A stretch of DNA of 64,000 nt, taken from NCBI GenBank assembly GCA_035620735.1, contig DASPGH010000051.1:563-64562 (forward strand), given 5' to 3'. A program made the position numbers and the translations under genes. Positions 9,808 to 18,968 of the stretch are shown in pieces. The stretch comes from Acidimicrobiia bacterium (lineage in GTDB: Bacteria > Actinomycetota > Acidimicrobiia > Spongiisociales > ZC4RG35). The notes under the pieces were generated by a model, which did not search any database, had not been told where the DNA came from, and saw only the letters and a program-made list of their open reading frames with translations. Numbering within the stretch: position 1 is the stretch's first letter; each line of letters starts with the position of its first letter.

Positions 9808-11378
9808 AGGCCCGCCTCACCTGGAACGGAGTCCGGCACGACACCCAGCGCCGGTTCGGGTTCCCCATCGCGACCCTTCTCCTCGGTTGGGCCGGGTGGT
9901 ATCTCGCCAGCGGGCTCGTGGAGACCGCGTCCACCCTCGAGGGTGAAGCTCTCCACAACTTCATGGGGTGGGCCGCACTGCTCTTCTTCGCCGCCTGGGT
10001 GACCCTGCCGGTCATCATCTTCCCCCTCGACGAGAACCTCGACCCACAACAATTGGCCGTACTGCCGGTGAGCCACCGGGAGATGGTCACGGGATTGGCC
10101 GCCGCCAGCCTCGTGGCACCGGCAACGGTCGTGCCCATCCTGGTGTTGGGAGCAAACGCCACGGTGCTCAGCACGGGTTGGTGGATCGTGGTCCCCGCCT
10201 GCCTGGTCTATGTCGGTTTGCTGGCGGTCGGATCACAACTCTTCTCCGCGTCGGTGTCAGCGATCCTGCGCACCCGCCGGGGACGGGATATCGCCACCTT
10301 CCTCATTCTCGGGCTCGCCGCTGGATCCTTCTTCGTCTACCGATCGATCTCCAGCACGATCTCGGCACAAGGTCTGGCATCTGCGGTGACGGAAAACGCC
10401 ATCCTCGACTGGTCGGTGATCGTCCCACCGGTTGCCGCGCAACGCTCGATCATCGAAGCCGCAGATGGAAATGTCGCCGGAGCGATCGGCTACCTCCTTG
10501 CCGCCGCCGCGGGTCTGGCCTTGCTGGCCTACACCTGGGAGCGTTTGCTCAGCTGGATGCTCACCACGCCCCAAGAGGGGAGCCGTCCGGCGGCCCGTGC
10601 CCGGCGCAGCGGCTTCACGTCCGGTTTGTGGGGGACGATCCCGACCCTGGCCCGGAAGGAGCTCCGCTTCTATGTGCGGGACCCGAGACAGCGTCTCGTC
10701 TGGACCGGCACCGTCATCTTCGTAGGTCTCGCTGTGGCAGGGACGATCATGGGCACGACCGGTTTCTTCGACCTTCGGGACAACGATTGGGCGCCATTGA
10801 TGGCCCCGGTTCTGGTCCTCTTCGTCGGGCTCCCCATCGCCTTGAATCTCTTCGGTTGGGAGCGCAACGCCGCCAGCTACCTGTTCGTACTCCCCGCCAG
10901 CCCCCGACAACTCCTGCTGGGAAAGAACCTCGCGGTGGCGACAGCGCTCGTCATCGAGACAACACTCCTCGCCATCCTCCTCTCATTGTTCACCGGATTC
11001 TGGACCTGGACATGGCTGGCATTCCCGCTGATGGTCTCGGCCATCGGAAGCCAACTGGCCGTGGGCAACTTCGTGTCGGTGCTCACGCCCCTCCGGCTGC
11101 CCAGAGAGGGAACCGACGTGTTCGCCCAGTCGACCGAGCAGGGCTGTCTGGCCATAGTCAGCCAGACGATCTCGTTCTTCACCATCGGTCTTCTGCTCGT
11201 TCTCCCCGCCTCGGTGGTGGCGCTCACGGTGTCCTTCGGCCAGAACGTGGCTCCTTGGTTCACCGCTTTGTCGACGATCCTCTGGGGTCTGATCGTCTAC
11301 TCGATCTCGCTGTGGCTCTCCTCGAAGCTGCTCCGCCGCCGTCTCCCCGAGGTGATGGCGTGGGTTCAGGTGGTCTGA
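9783..11378 (+). CDS. ABC-2 type transporter permease-like polytopic membrane protein
   Basis: About 530 aa with many TM segments. In-frame GTG 9783 overlaps the ATPase stop by 25 nt. The ORF upstream of that is Arg/Gly-rich noise. The permease call rests on partnership with the ATPase. Confidence 0.6.
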   Translation: MVRNLVGLKARLTWNGVRHDTQRRFGFPIATLLLGWAGWYLASGLVETASTLEGEALHNFMGWAALLFFAAWVTLPVIIFPLDENLDPQQLAVLPVSHREMVTGLAAASLVAPATVVPILVLGANATVLSTGWWIVVPACLVYVGLLAVGSQLFSASVSAILRTRRGRDIATFLILGLAAGSFFVYRSISSTISAQGLASAVTENAILDWSVIVPPVAAQRSIIEAADGNVAGAIGYLLAAAAGLALLAYTWERLLSWMLTTPQEGSRPAARARRSGFTSGLWGTIPTLARKELRFYVRDPRQRLVWTGTVIFVGLAVAGTIMGTTGFFDLRDNDWAPLMAPVLVLFVGLPIALNLFGWERNAASYLFVLPASPRQLLLGKNLAVATALVIETTLLAILLSLFTGFWTWTWLAFPLMVSAIGSQLAVGNFVSVLTPLRLPREGTDVFAQSTEQGCLAIVSQTISFFTIGLLLVLPASVVALTVSFGQNVAPWFTALSTILWGLIVYSISLWLSSKLLRRRLPEVMAWVQVV

Positions 11379-11398
11379 CGAGGTCTTAGACCGCCCTT

Positions 11399-12193
11399 AT
11401 GTCGAGGTCGATAACGTCCTCCGAATTCGTCGAGGAGGACGCATTGACCACGTTGGCACCGATGGCCGAGGAGCTCGGCACCCAGGACATGTGGGACTTC
11501 AGCGATCTGAAGGCCATGTTCATCAACACCACGCTCAAGAAGTCACCGGAGCTGTCGCACACCCAGGGTCTGATGGACATCTCCATCGAGATCATGAGAA
11601 GACAGGGTGTCTCGATCGACATCATGCGAGCGGCCGACCATGAGCTCCCACCCGGGGTTTGGCCCGACATGACCGAGCACGGTTGGGAGGTGGACGAGTG
11701 GCCCACCATCTTCGGGCGCGTGCTCGACGCCGACATCCTGGTCATCGGAACACCGATCTGGCTCGGTGAGAAGTCGTCGGTGTGCACCCGGGTGATCGAG
11801 CGTCTCTACGGGAATTCGGGTCAACTCAACGAGGAAGGCCAGTACGCCTATTACGGCCGGGTGGGCGGGTGCATCGTCACCGGCAACGAGGACGGGATAA
11901 AGCACTGCTCGATGAGCATCCTGTACGGGCTCCAACATCTCGGCTTCACCATCCCACCCCAGGCAGACGCCGGCTGGATCGGAGAGGCCGGTCCCGGGCC
12001 CTCCTACCGTGACGAGGGCTCCGGCGGCCCCGAGAACGACTTCACCAACCGCAACACCACCTTCATGACCTGGAACCTGCTGCATGCTGCGCGCATGCTC
12101 AGGGACGCCGGTGGGTTCCCAGCCCACGGCAACCAACGCTCCAAGTGGGAGGCAGGCTGCCGCTTCGACTTCCCCAACCCCGACTACAGGTAG
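11399..12193 (+). CDS. flavodoxin-like NAD(P)H-dependent FMN reductase family protein
   Basis: 264 aa. The pattern LKAMFINTTLKKSPELSHT ... ADILVIGTPIWLGEKSSVCTRVIERL is typical of this family. The start could be ATG 11462. Confidence 0.7.
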   Translation: MSRSITSSEFVEEDALTTLAPMAEELGTQDMWDFSDLKAMFINTTLKKSPELSHTQGLMDISIEIMRRQGVSIDIMRAADHELPPGVWPDMTEHGWEVDEWPTIFGRVLDADILVIGTPIWLGEKSSVCTRVIERLYGNSGQLNEEGQYAYYGRVGGCIVTGNEDGIKHCSMSILYGLQHLGFTIPPQADAGWIGEAGPGPSYRDEGSGGPENDFTNRNTTFMTWNLLHAARMLRDAGGFPAHGNQRSKWEAGCRFDFPNPDYR

Positions 12194-12200
12194 ACAGCCG

Positions 12201-12236
12201 GTTCACCGAGCGTAGGCCGGCGGCAGGCCCTACCCT
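12201..12236 (+). promoter_or_regulatory. candidate PHO-box-like unit (GTTCACC) plus TACCCT -10 hexamer, possibly for a leaderless transcript
   Basis: GTTCACCGAGC lies at 12201-12211. TACCCT (TAnnnT) lies at 12231-12236, 5 nt before ATG 12242. No Shine-Dalgarno is visible. Confidence 0.25.
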
Positions 12237-12241
12237 GCCCG

Positions 12242-13408
12242 ATGCCCATGGGAGATGCGGGACGCCAGACCCCCGATCGCGCGCCGTCTGATGCTGCCCG
12301 ACGGACCGAGATCGTAATCCGGCTCGGTCTTGCACTGTTGTTCCTCTACCTCTTCCTGGTCGGGGTCAAGTCGCTCGAAGAGGGGATCTCTTCTTTTGGC
12401 AGCGACTTCGTCGACAGCGTCTTCGCTTCGGTGGCCAACCCACTGGCCGGTCTGGCAGCGGGTGTCCTCGCCACGGTGCTGGTCCAGTCCTCGTCGGTGA
12501 CGACCGCGACCATCGTCGGCCTGGTCGGCTCCGGAGTCCTTCCGGTCGAGACCGCGGTGCCGATGGTCATGGGAGCAAACATCGGGACAACCGTCACCAA
12601 CACACTGGCCTCGCTGGGACATCTCCGCCAGGGCCCCTACTTCGAGCGTGCCTTCGCCGCGGCGACCATTCACGACTACTTCAATATCATCTCGGTGGCC
12701 ATCCTCCTCCCCCTCGAGGTGGCATTCGGGCTGGTCTCCCGAATCGCGACATGGACCGCAGACACCGTTGGAGATCTTCTTCCCCGTGGCGGCACCGGAT
12801 CGAGTCCGATCAAGGACGCCATCTCGGCACCGGTTTCCTGGTTGGAGGACCTCATCTCGAGCCAGGGTTGGGAGACGGCTGCAGGAGCGATATTCCTGGT
12901 TCTCGGTCTCGGGTTGATCTTTGTCGCCCTCTGGATGATCACCCGCCAGATGAAACAAGTCATGTCGGGACAGATCGAGAACGCGATCAACGGGATCATG
13001 AGCAAAGGCGCCGGGCTGGGAGCACTCGCCGCAGGGCTACTGATGACCGTCGCAGTGCAGAGCTCATCGATTACGACCTCGATCCTCGTCCCGCTGGTGG
13101 CGGCAGGTGTCCTCACCCTTCAGAACGCGTTCCCTGTCACCCTCGGCGCCAACATCGGCACGACGATCACTGCGGTCCTGGCCTCCCTGGCAACGGATTC
13201 TCCCGATGCGCTCGTCATTGCCCTGGCCCACGTGACATTCAACGTGCTGGGGATCTTGATCATCTACCCCTGGCCGCGAATCCGCGCCATCCCGCTGTGG
13301 CTCGCCGCGAAGACCGCCGAGGCCGCCACACGTCAGAAGTCGCTGGTTGCCGGCTATGTCATCGGTCTGTTCGTTTTGTCACCACTCGCAATACTGTTGA
13401 TCGCCTAG
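12242..13408 (+). CDS. Na+/phosphate cotransporter family protein (NptA type)
   Basis: 388-aa membrane ORF with duplicated Na_Pi_cotrans-type repeats (QSSSVTTATIVGLV ... GANIGTTVTN, then QSSSITTSILVPLV ... GANIGTTITA). Confidence 0.85.
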   Translation: MPMGDAGRQTPDRAPSDAARRTEIVIRLGLALLFLYLFLVGVKSLEEGISSFGSDFVDSVFASVANPLAGLAAGVLATVLVQSSSVTTATIVGLVGSGVLPVETAVPMVMGANIGTTVTNTLASLGHLRQGPYFERAFAAATIHDYFNIISVAILLPLEVAFGLVSRIATWTADTVGDLLPRGGTGSSPIKDAISAPVSWLEDLISSQGWETAAGAIFLVLGLGLIFVALWMITRQMKQVMSGQIENAINGIMSKGAGLGALAAGLLMTVAVQSSSITTSILVPLVAAGVLTLQNAFPVTLGANIGTTITAVLASLATDSPDALVIALAHVTFNVLGILIIYPWPRIRAIPLWLAAKTAEAATRQKSLVAGYVIGLFVLSPLAILLIA

Positions 13409-13433
13409 TGCGCCATCACTAGAGGAGGAAGCC

Positions 13434-14126
13434 ATGTTCTCCATTTTCAGAGATACCGACCAGCTGGCCACCGTGGAACAGCAAATCACCGAGATGCTGG
13501 CCAGTTGTCAGGACGCCTTCCGTCTAGCCGCCTCATCCCTGTTCGGGGAGGAGGACGTCACCGTGGCGGGCGATCAACTCGAGGAGACCGACAAAGACCT
13601 CAACCGCACCGAGCGCGCCATAAGACGTGAGCTCCTGGTCCACGGGACCGTACGCGGCGCAGAGGTCGACCAGGGGTTGATGCTGGCTTACATGTCGATC
13701 GCCAAGGACATCGAGCGTGTCGGCGACTACTGCAAGAACATCTGGAATCTGGCCCAGATGGGGGTGTCTTTCAAGGATGCCGATGACCTCGAGGAGCTGA
13801 CCAAACACCGGATGAGAGTCGCCTCGTTGCTGGAGAACGCCCTCAAGGCTTTTTCCGAGCAGGACGGCGACGCCGTCCACGAGATGATTCCTGCCATCCG
13901 TGACGATCTCCAGCACTACGACGCCCACATCATCCAGTTCGTCAGCTCGGAGCTACCCGGTCGTTACTCCGCGCCGCGGGCGTTGTTCTATCGCTACCTG
14001 AAGCGGATAAGCGCACATCTCTCCAACACCCTGAGCTCGGTGGTCATGCCGGTGGACCGGCTCGACTTCTACAAACCGTCGAAGGCCGTCGTCGAGCCCG
14101 ACGACGGTTACGAGACCGACGAGTAG
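13434..14126 (+). CDS. PhoU-domain protein
   Basis: 230-aa helical protein with a PhoU-like DIERVGDYCKNI motif and a strong RBS (GAGGAGGAAGCC ATG). It is paired with the Na/Pi cotransporter, as is common. Confidence 0.75.
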   Translation: MFSIFRDTDQLATVEQQITEMLASCQDAFRLAASSLFGEEDVTVAGDQLEETDKDLNRTERAIRRELLVHGTVRGAEVDQGLMLAYMSIAKDIERVGDYCKNIWNLAQMGVSFKDADDLEELTKHRMRVASLLENALKAFSEQDGDAVHEMIPAIRDDLQHYDAHIIQFVSSELPGRYSAPRALFYRYLKRISAHLSNTLSSVVMPVDRLDFYKPSKAVVEPDDGYETDE

Positions 14127-14166
14127 GACGAACAACAATCCGTCGGAAGGGCCGGTGCAGAGATAG

Positions 14167-15450
14167 TCAAGCCTCTGTGACGACTTCGGCCTCGAAATCG
14201 GACCGCTGACCCCGGGACGAACTGACCATCCTCCCCGCTTCGGATCGAGAGGTCGACCGCAACTCGCGGAACAACACAAAGGCGAGCAGACCGGAGATGA
14301 AGACCAACGCACCCGACAAGAGAAAGACGTTGCGTGTTCCGACCGCTGCTGCGGCAACGCCGGCGAGACCCATGGAGACGATGTTCGCCCCGGAGACCAA
14401 TGTGCTGAGTGCGCCGCCCACCCGTCCTCTCATCGAGTCTTCGATCAGAGTCTGGCTGAGAGTGTTGGCCCCTGCCTGCACCGGTCCCACCGAGAGCCCG
14501 ACGAAGAAGAGCATCACCATGATGTGCCAGACCGCGGTAGCGCCCGAGATGGCACCGACGAAGACACCCACACCAAGCAAACCAGCACTGACCAGGCTGG
14601 AGGGCCTCAGCCTCGTGGCGAGGAGGGCGACAATGGTTCCGGACACGACCAGACCGGCGACCTGGCTGGCCTCGACCGGACCCAGGAACATCTCTGAGAC
14701 GCTCAAGTCGTCGACGAGGAACGGGACAAACAGAACGTTTACCGCTCCGAGGCCGAGCATCGTGACCGACAGTGCGATCATCACCGCGCGAAGAGATTTG
14801 CTGCCGATCATGACAAGGAAGCCCGCCTTCATCTCGGCCCACACCCGGGATTCCTCTGCTTTCTCCGGGACTCCGGAGGTGTGAATCCGGCTGATCAGCA
14901 AGAACGAGGTGAAGAAGGTTGCGGAGTCGATGATGAACGCCGGGGCCAGAGTCGGGGCAACGGCCGCCAGTATTCCGGCTGCACCGGTACCGAGCAGGTT
15001 GAACACGATCCGCGAGGTGTGTGAGACCGAGTTGGCGGCGAGGAGCCTGTCTGTTCCCACGACCGCGGGTAGGAAAGCGGCCCGAGCCGGGTTGAACACG
15101 GTCCCGATCGACGCTTGGACGAACCCGATGACATAGATCAATGGGATCAGCTCCTCCGATCTCACGAAGAGGAACCCGAGGACAACGACGGCACGCAGTA
15201 GATCTGAGACCATCATCGCCTTCTTGCGGTCGACTCGATCGACATAGACGCCGGCGAGAGTGCCAAAGATCAGCGTTGGTAGGGCAATGGCCACCATCAG
15301 ACCTGCCAATGCCATCGCCGAACCGGTCAGCCGCTGGATCAGGATCAGCAGCGTGAAGAAGGTCAGGTTGTCGCCGAAGTCGGAGAGGATCTGGGCGAGC
15401 CAGAGATGGCGGTAGTCACGGATCTTCAGTAGCTCGCTCAGCTGACTCAT
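14167..15450 (-). CDS. MFS transporter
   Basis: 427 aa with about 12 TM segments and an MFS-like loop motif (GVYVDRVDRKK). 4-nt overlap with the upstream regulator gene. Confidence 0.85.
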   Translation of the reverse strand: MSQLSELLKIRDYRHLWLAQILSDFGDNLTFFTLLILIQRLTGSAMALAGLMVAIALPTLIFGTLAGVYVDRVDRKKAMMVSDLLRAVVVLGFLFVRSEELIPLIYVIGFVQASIGTVFNPARAAFLPAVVGTDRLLAANSVSHTSRIVFNLLGTGAAGILAAVAPTLAPAFIIDSATFFTSFLLISRIHTSGVPEKAEESRVWAEMKAGFLVMIGSKSLRAVMIALSVTMLGLGAVNVLFVPFLVDDLSVSEMFLGPVEASQVAGLVVSGTIVALLATRLRPSSLVSAGLLGVGVFVGAISGATAVWHIMVMLFFVGLSVGPVQAGANTLSQTLIEDSMRGRVGGALSTLVSGANIVSMGLAGVAAAAVGTRNVFLLSGALVFISGLLAFVLFRELRSTSRSEAGRMVSSSRGQRSDFEAEVVTEA

Positions 15451-16037
15451 CTAGCACTCTCCCCGGTACCGGCGAGCGGAAAGAAGGCAAACGTGAATCC
15501 GAAAGGGCTGCCCTTCTCCTGATCGTTGGCATCGAATTCGTCCTCGAGGAGCTTGTGCAGCTTCTCGCTGAAAGCCTCTGCTTGCTCCTCGGTCATGAAG
15601 GCGATCGACCTTCCGAACGACCCTGCCAGCTTGCTCTCGATGCCAGCCCGAATCCGTGTGAAGTGCTCGGTGAGACCCTCCTCGGAATCGACGCGTGCAC
15701 CGTCGAGGACCACGCCCGCTGTGATCTTGGCCAGCTCATGTGGCTCGTAGTCGCCACGCGCCATCTGCGGCGATGGACGGAAGCCCCGAGCCCGTGACCG
15801 GTAGATCTTCTGCAACATGGCTCCCGCCTTGCGGGTCTCGACGACCTCGATGATCCCGGCCTCTTCGAGCAGGTTGAAGTGGTAGTAGAGACGGGTCGGA
15901 GGAACGTCGAGGAGCTCGGCAACCTCTCTTATCGATCGTGGCTCTTCTAAGTATCTGATTATTCGAACGCGCGTGGTGTTGTTCAGCACTTCGAAGACTT
16001 CGATGTCCTCGATCTCCATGTATTCGAGCTGATCCAT
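15447..16037 (-). CDS. ArsR-family winged-helix transcriptional regulator with C-terminal extension
   Basis: 196 aa. The segment VLNNTTRVRIIRYLEEPRSIREVAELLDVPPTRLYYHFNLLEEAGII is a typical ArsR-type wHTH. Confidence 0.75.
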   Translation of the reverse strand: MDQLEYMEIEDIEVFEVLNNTTRVRIIRYLEEPRSIREVAELLDVPPTRLYYHFNLLEEAGIIEVVETRKAGAMLQKIYRSRARGFRPSPQMARGDYEPHELAKITAGVVLDGARVDSEEGLTEHFTRIRAGIESKLAGSFGRSIAFMTEEQAEAFSEKLHKLLEDEFDANDQEKGSPFGFTFAFFPLAGTGESAR

Positions 16038-16039
16038 GG

Positions 16040-16219
16040 TCAGACTCCGGCGATACGTGTCACCACCGGGGTGCCCTTCTGCAGTCTCTGTCCGACCCTG
16101 ACCAAAGCGCGCCCGAGAATTGCCGTGAGGGGTTGGAACTCACTTCGAGCCGGGGGGCGGGACCGGCGACGTAGCTCGCTCTGGATGTACTTTGCTGAAT
16201 GCACCGTCTCTCGATACAT
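16040..16219 (-). CDS. possible small upstream ORF (59 aa) coupled to the ArsR-type gene
   Basis: ATG 16219 is preceded by AGGAGA, and its stop is 2 nt from the regulator ATG (TGACCATG). Third-position GC is only about 64 percent and no homology was recognised, so this is weak. Confidence 0.25.
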   Translation of the reverse strand: MYRETVHSAKYIQSELRRRSRPPARSEFQPLTAILGRALVRVGQRLQKGTPVVTRIAGV

Positions 16220-16264
16220 GGGTTCTCTCCTCGGCCCTTCATCACCGGCTCGGTCCATCATATT

Positions 16265-16316
16265 TTCAACTGACTTGAATATTCAAGCGATTTGAAAGCA
16301 TGACGATTCAATTGAA
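16265..16316. promoter_or_regulatory. operator-like array of TTCAA/TTGAA inverted repeats in an AT-rich divergent promoter region
   Basis: TTCAA-N5-TTGAA occurs at 16265-16279 and again at 16282-16296. The perfect palindrome CTTGAATATTCAAG lies at 16274-16287 and TTCAATTGAA at 16307-16316. Confidence 0.45.
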
Positions 16317-16348
16317 AGTGGCGACATATGAAGGCTTAACCTCGATTC

Positions 16349-16933
16349 GTGCGGTTAGGGATCGATCTAGATGGCGTCGTGGCCAACTTCACCAAGGGTT
16401 GGATGAGCTTCTACAACGAGCAGTTCGGGACCGACCTCACCGTCGAAGACTCCCAACGCTGGCATGACCTCGTGGACTTGACTCACTTCGAGCACATCGG
16501 CGAGTTCTGGGAGTGGTCGTCCGACCTCGATGGCCGGTCCGTGTTCTGGCACCTGGAGCCATTCCCCGGCGCGGTCGAAGCATTGAGAGATCTCGTCGAT
16601 GCCGGCCACCACATCGTCGTCGTCACGACGAAGCCCGACTTCGCCGTCGGCGACACCTATGAATGGGTCGAGCGACACCGCATCCCAGCGGCCGAGATAC
16701 ACATCCTCGACCAGAAGTGGCTCGTCGAGTGCGACGTCTACCTCGACGACGGGCCCCACATCCTGCCCGGGCTGGTGAAGAACCGACCCGCCGCGACGGT
16801 GTGCCGATACGTCCGACCCTGGAACGATCCCGTCCCCGGCGCCGTCGACGTGAACGACTTCATCGAGTTTCGCCAGGTCGTGGACCGACTGGCCGAAGGA
16901 GAAACGCCACTAGGGTCGCCGGACGATCTCTGA
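16349..16933 (+). CDS. HAD-superfamily 5'(3')-deoxyribonucleotidase-like protein
   Basis: 194 aa with the N-terminal DxDxV motif (GIDLDGVVANF) and NT5C-like layout. GTG start. Confidence 0.7.
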   Translation: MRLGIDLDGVVANFTKGWMSFYNEQFGTDLTVEDSQRWHDLVDLTHFEHIGEFWEWSSDLDGRSVFWHLEPFPGAVEALRDLVDAGHHIVVVTTKPDFAVGDTYEWVERHRIPAAEIHILDQKWLVECDVYLDDGPHILPGLVKNRPAATVCRYVRPWNDPVPGAVDVNDFIEFRQVVDRLAEGETPLGSPDDL

Positions 16934-17011
16934 TCAACCGCCCGGGGAGCGGGCAATGAATCCCGGGGGTGGTAGGCGGATCACCCACAGATCCACACAA
17001 GGAGTAACAAC

Positions 17012-18118
17012 ATGAACCGAAAGGCCCTTTGGGCTCTGCTCGCGGTGCTTGCTCTCGTAGTAGCCGCGTGCGGCGGCGGCGAAGGTGGCGAGGAGACCAC
17101 TACGACCGAAGCGCCCGGCACCACCGCACCATCGGAAACCACCACCACCGAAGACATGACGACGACGACCGAGGCCATGTCCGAGCTCGGGACCGAGGAG
17201 AACCCCATTCAGGTGCTATTCGTGCCCTCGGTCTCCGCCGAGGAGATCATCGCCGGAGGCGACCTCCTCGCAGAGACGCTGAATGCCGCCACCGGGCTGG
17301 TCTTCGACGTGCAGGTGCCCGCGTCTTATGCGGCGACTGTCGAGGAGATGTGCGCCAACCCCGGAGCCAGCATGGGATTCATCCCGGCCCAGGCCTATGT
17401 GCTCGGCAACGAGCTATGCGGTCTGGAGGCGGCCCTGAAGGCAGAGCGCTTTGGCTATACCGAATACTGGGCGCAGTACCTGGTTGCCCGTGACTCCGAC
17501 TACGAGACTCTCGAAGACCTCGCTGGCGCCTCCTGGGCATACCCCGACCCCGGCTCGACATCGGGTTTCCTCTTCCCCTCCGGAGAGATGACCGCCGCCG
17601 GAGTGGAATGGGGCGAGGAGCTCGAGGCTGGAAGCCACGATGGTGCGGTGCGTGCCGTGTACAACGCCGAAGCCGATTTCGGCACGTCGTTCTACTCGCC
17701 GTACACCGATCTCGAGGGCAACTCGGGGTGGGACGGTGACCCGGCCAACGCTGATGTCCCCGACCCGGACGCCTGTGCGATCAACGCCGAAGGTGAGATC
17801 CAATGTGGCGATTTCATCGTTCGTGACGCTCGTCGCAACCTGCGTGAGGAGCTGCCCGACGTTGTCCAACAGGTCCGCATCCTGACGGTGTCGGCTCCGA
17901 TTCCGAATGACGGGCTCGTCTTCGGACCCGACTTCCCCGATGACATCCAGACTGAAGTCGTGGACACGCTCGTGGCCTTCGCCGCCGATGATCCGGACGG
18001 CTTCGCCGCGGCGTTCGAGGCCTACAGCTGGGACAACGTTGCCTCGACCTCCGACGCCGACTACGACGCAGTGAGGGAGATCGTCCAGGCACTGGGCATC
18101 ACGATCGACGATCTGTAA
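17012..18118 (+). CDS. phnD: phosphonate/phosphite ABC transporter substrate-binding lipoprotein
   Basis: 368 aa with a lipobox (LVVAACGGG), a Thr/Glu-rich tether and a PhnD-type body (FVPSVSAEE ... GFIPAQAYV ... DPGSTSGFLFP). RBS is AAGGAG. Confidence 0.85.
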   Translation: MNRKALWALLAVLALVVAACGGGEGGEETTTTEAPGTTAPSETTTTEDMTTTTEAMSELGTEENPIQVLFVPSVSAEEIIAGGDLLAETLNAATGLVFDVQVPASYAATVEEMCANPGASMGFIPAQAYVLGNELCGLEAALKAERFGYTEYWAQYLVARDSDYETLEDLAGASWAYPDPGSTSGFLFPSGEMTAAGVEWGEELEAGSHDGAVRAVYNAEADFGTSFYSPYTDLEGNSGWDGDPANADVPDPDACAINAEGEIQCGDFIVRDARRNLREELPDVVQQVRILTVSAPIPNDGLVFGPDFPDDIQTEVVDTLVAFAADDPDGFAAAFEAYSWDNVASTSDADYDAVREIVQALGITIDDL

Positions 18119-18215
18119 CCCACAGACCATCCCCTTAGACCGTGGGGAGATGGGCTCACATGGCTCGTCTCCCCACACCACCTCGGCCCAGTCCAGTTAC
18201 CCTCCATGCCACCGG

Positions 18216-18968
18216 ATGCTCCAGGTCGAACATCTCACCAAGGTCTACGAAAACGGGACCGTCGCCCTCGAGGACGTCAGCTTTTCGGTCCCCGATGGAC
18301 AGTTTCTCGCCGTTATCGGCCTCTCCGGGTCCGGGAAGTCGACACTGCTTCGCTGCGTCAACCGACTGATCGAACCCACCGATGGTCGCATTCTGTGGAA
18401 CGGAGAGGATGTCACCAAGGCCTCCCAGGAGGACCTCCGACGATTCCGTCGCCGGGTCGGCATGGTGTTCCAGCACTTCAACCTGGTTCATCGATCCAAG
18501 GTCATCACCAACGTCCTGGCCGGCCGGTTGGGATACACGAACCCTGCGATGGCCTTGGTGAACCGGTTCTCCAGGTCCGATGTCGACAACGCCCTCTCTC
18601 AGCTCGATCGGGTGGCGCTACGTGAAAAGGCTCTCTCCCGCGCCGATGAGCTCTCCGGGGGCCAACAACAGAGAGTCGGCATAGCGCGGGCTCTGATGCA
18701 GGAGCCGGAGATGATTCTGGCCGATGAGCCGGTCGCATCACTCGATCCGGTCCTGGCCCATTCGATCATGCGCTACCTCGAGCTGATCAACTCCGAGGAC
18801 GGGGTCACCGTGATGTGCTCGCTCCACTTCCTCGATCTCGTGCACAAGTACTCGGATCGGGCAATCGCCCTCAATGAGGGGAAGCTGGTGTTCGACGGCA
18901 TGCCGTCCGAGATCGACGACGATCGCTTCAAGGCCATATACGGCCAGGAGGCAGAACGGGTTGGCTGA
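18216..18968 (+). CDS. phnC: phosphonate ABC transporter ATP-binding protein
   Basis: ORF from 18150. ATG 18216 gives [11 protein letters not shown]. It carries Walker [10 protein letters not shown], signature LSGGQQQRV and Walker B ILADEP. Confidence 0.9.
   Translation: MLQVEHLTKVYENGTVALEDVSFSVPDGQFLAVIGLSGSGKSTLLRCVNRLIEPTDGRILWNGEDVTKASQEDLRRFRRRVGMVFQHFNLVHRSKVITNVLAGRLGYTNPAMALVNRFSRSDVDNALSQLDRVALREKALSRADELSGGQQQRVGIARALMQEPEMILADEPVASLDPVLAHSIMRYLELINSEDGVTVMCSLHFLDLVHKYSDRAIALNEGKLVFDGMPSEIDDDRFKAIYGQEAERVG

Noticed and set aside
16979-17000. Two tandem 11-mers, GATCACCCACA and GATCCACACAA, resembling PHO boxes upstream of phnD.
   Set aside because: They end only 11 nt before the ATG and overlap the Shine-Dalgarno. 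A PhoP-activated promoter cannot fit downstream of them. They may still be a repressor or roadblock site, but I cannot support a PHO-box call.
18119-18215. A hairpin, GGGGAGA ... TCTCCCC, between phnD and phnC as a terminator or riboswitch.
   Set aside because: It has a 7-bp stem with a 17-nt loop and no U-tail, and it lies inside an operon whose downstream genes need expression. It is too weak to call.
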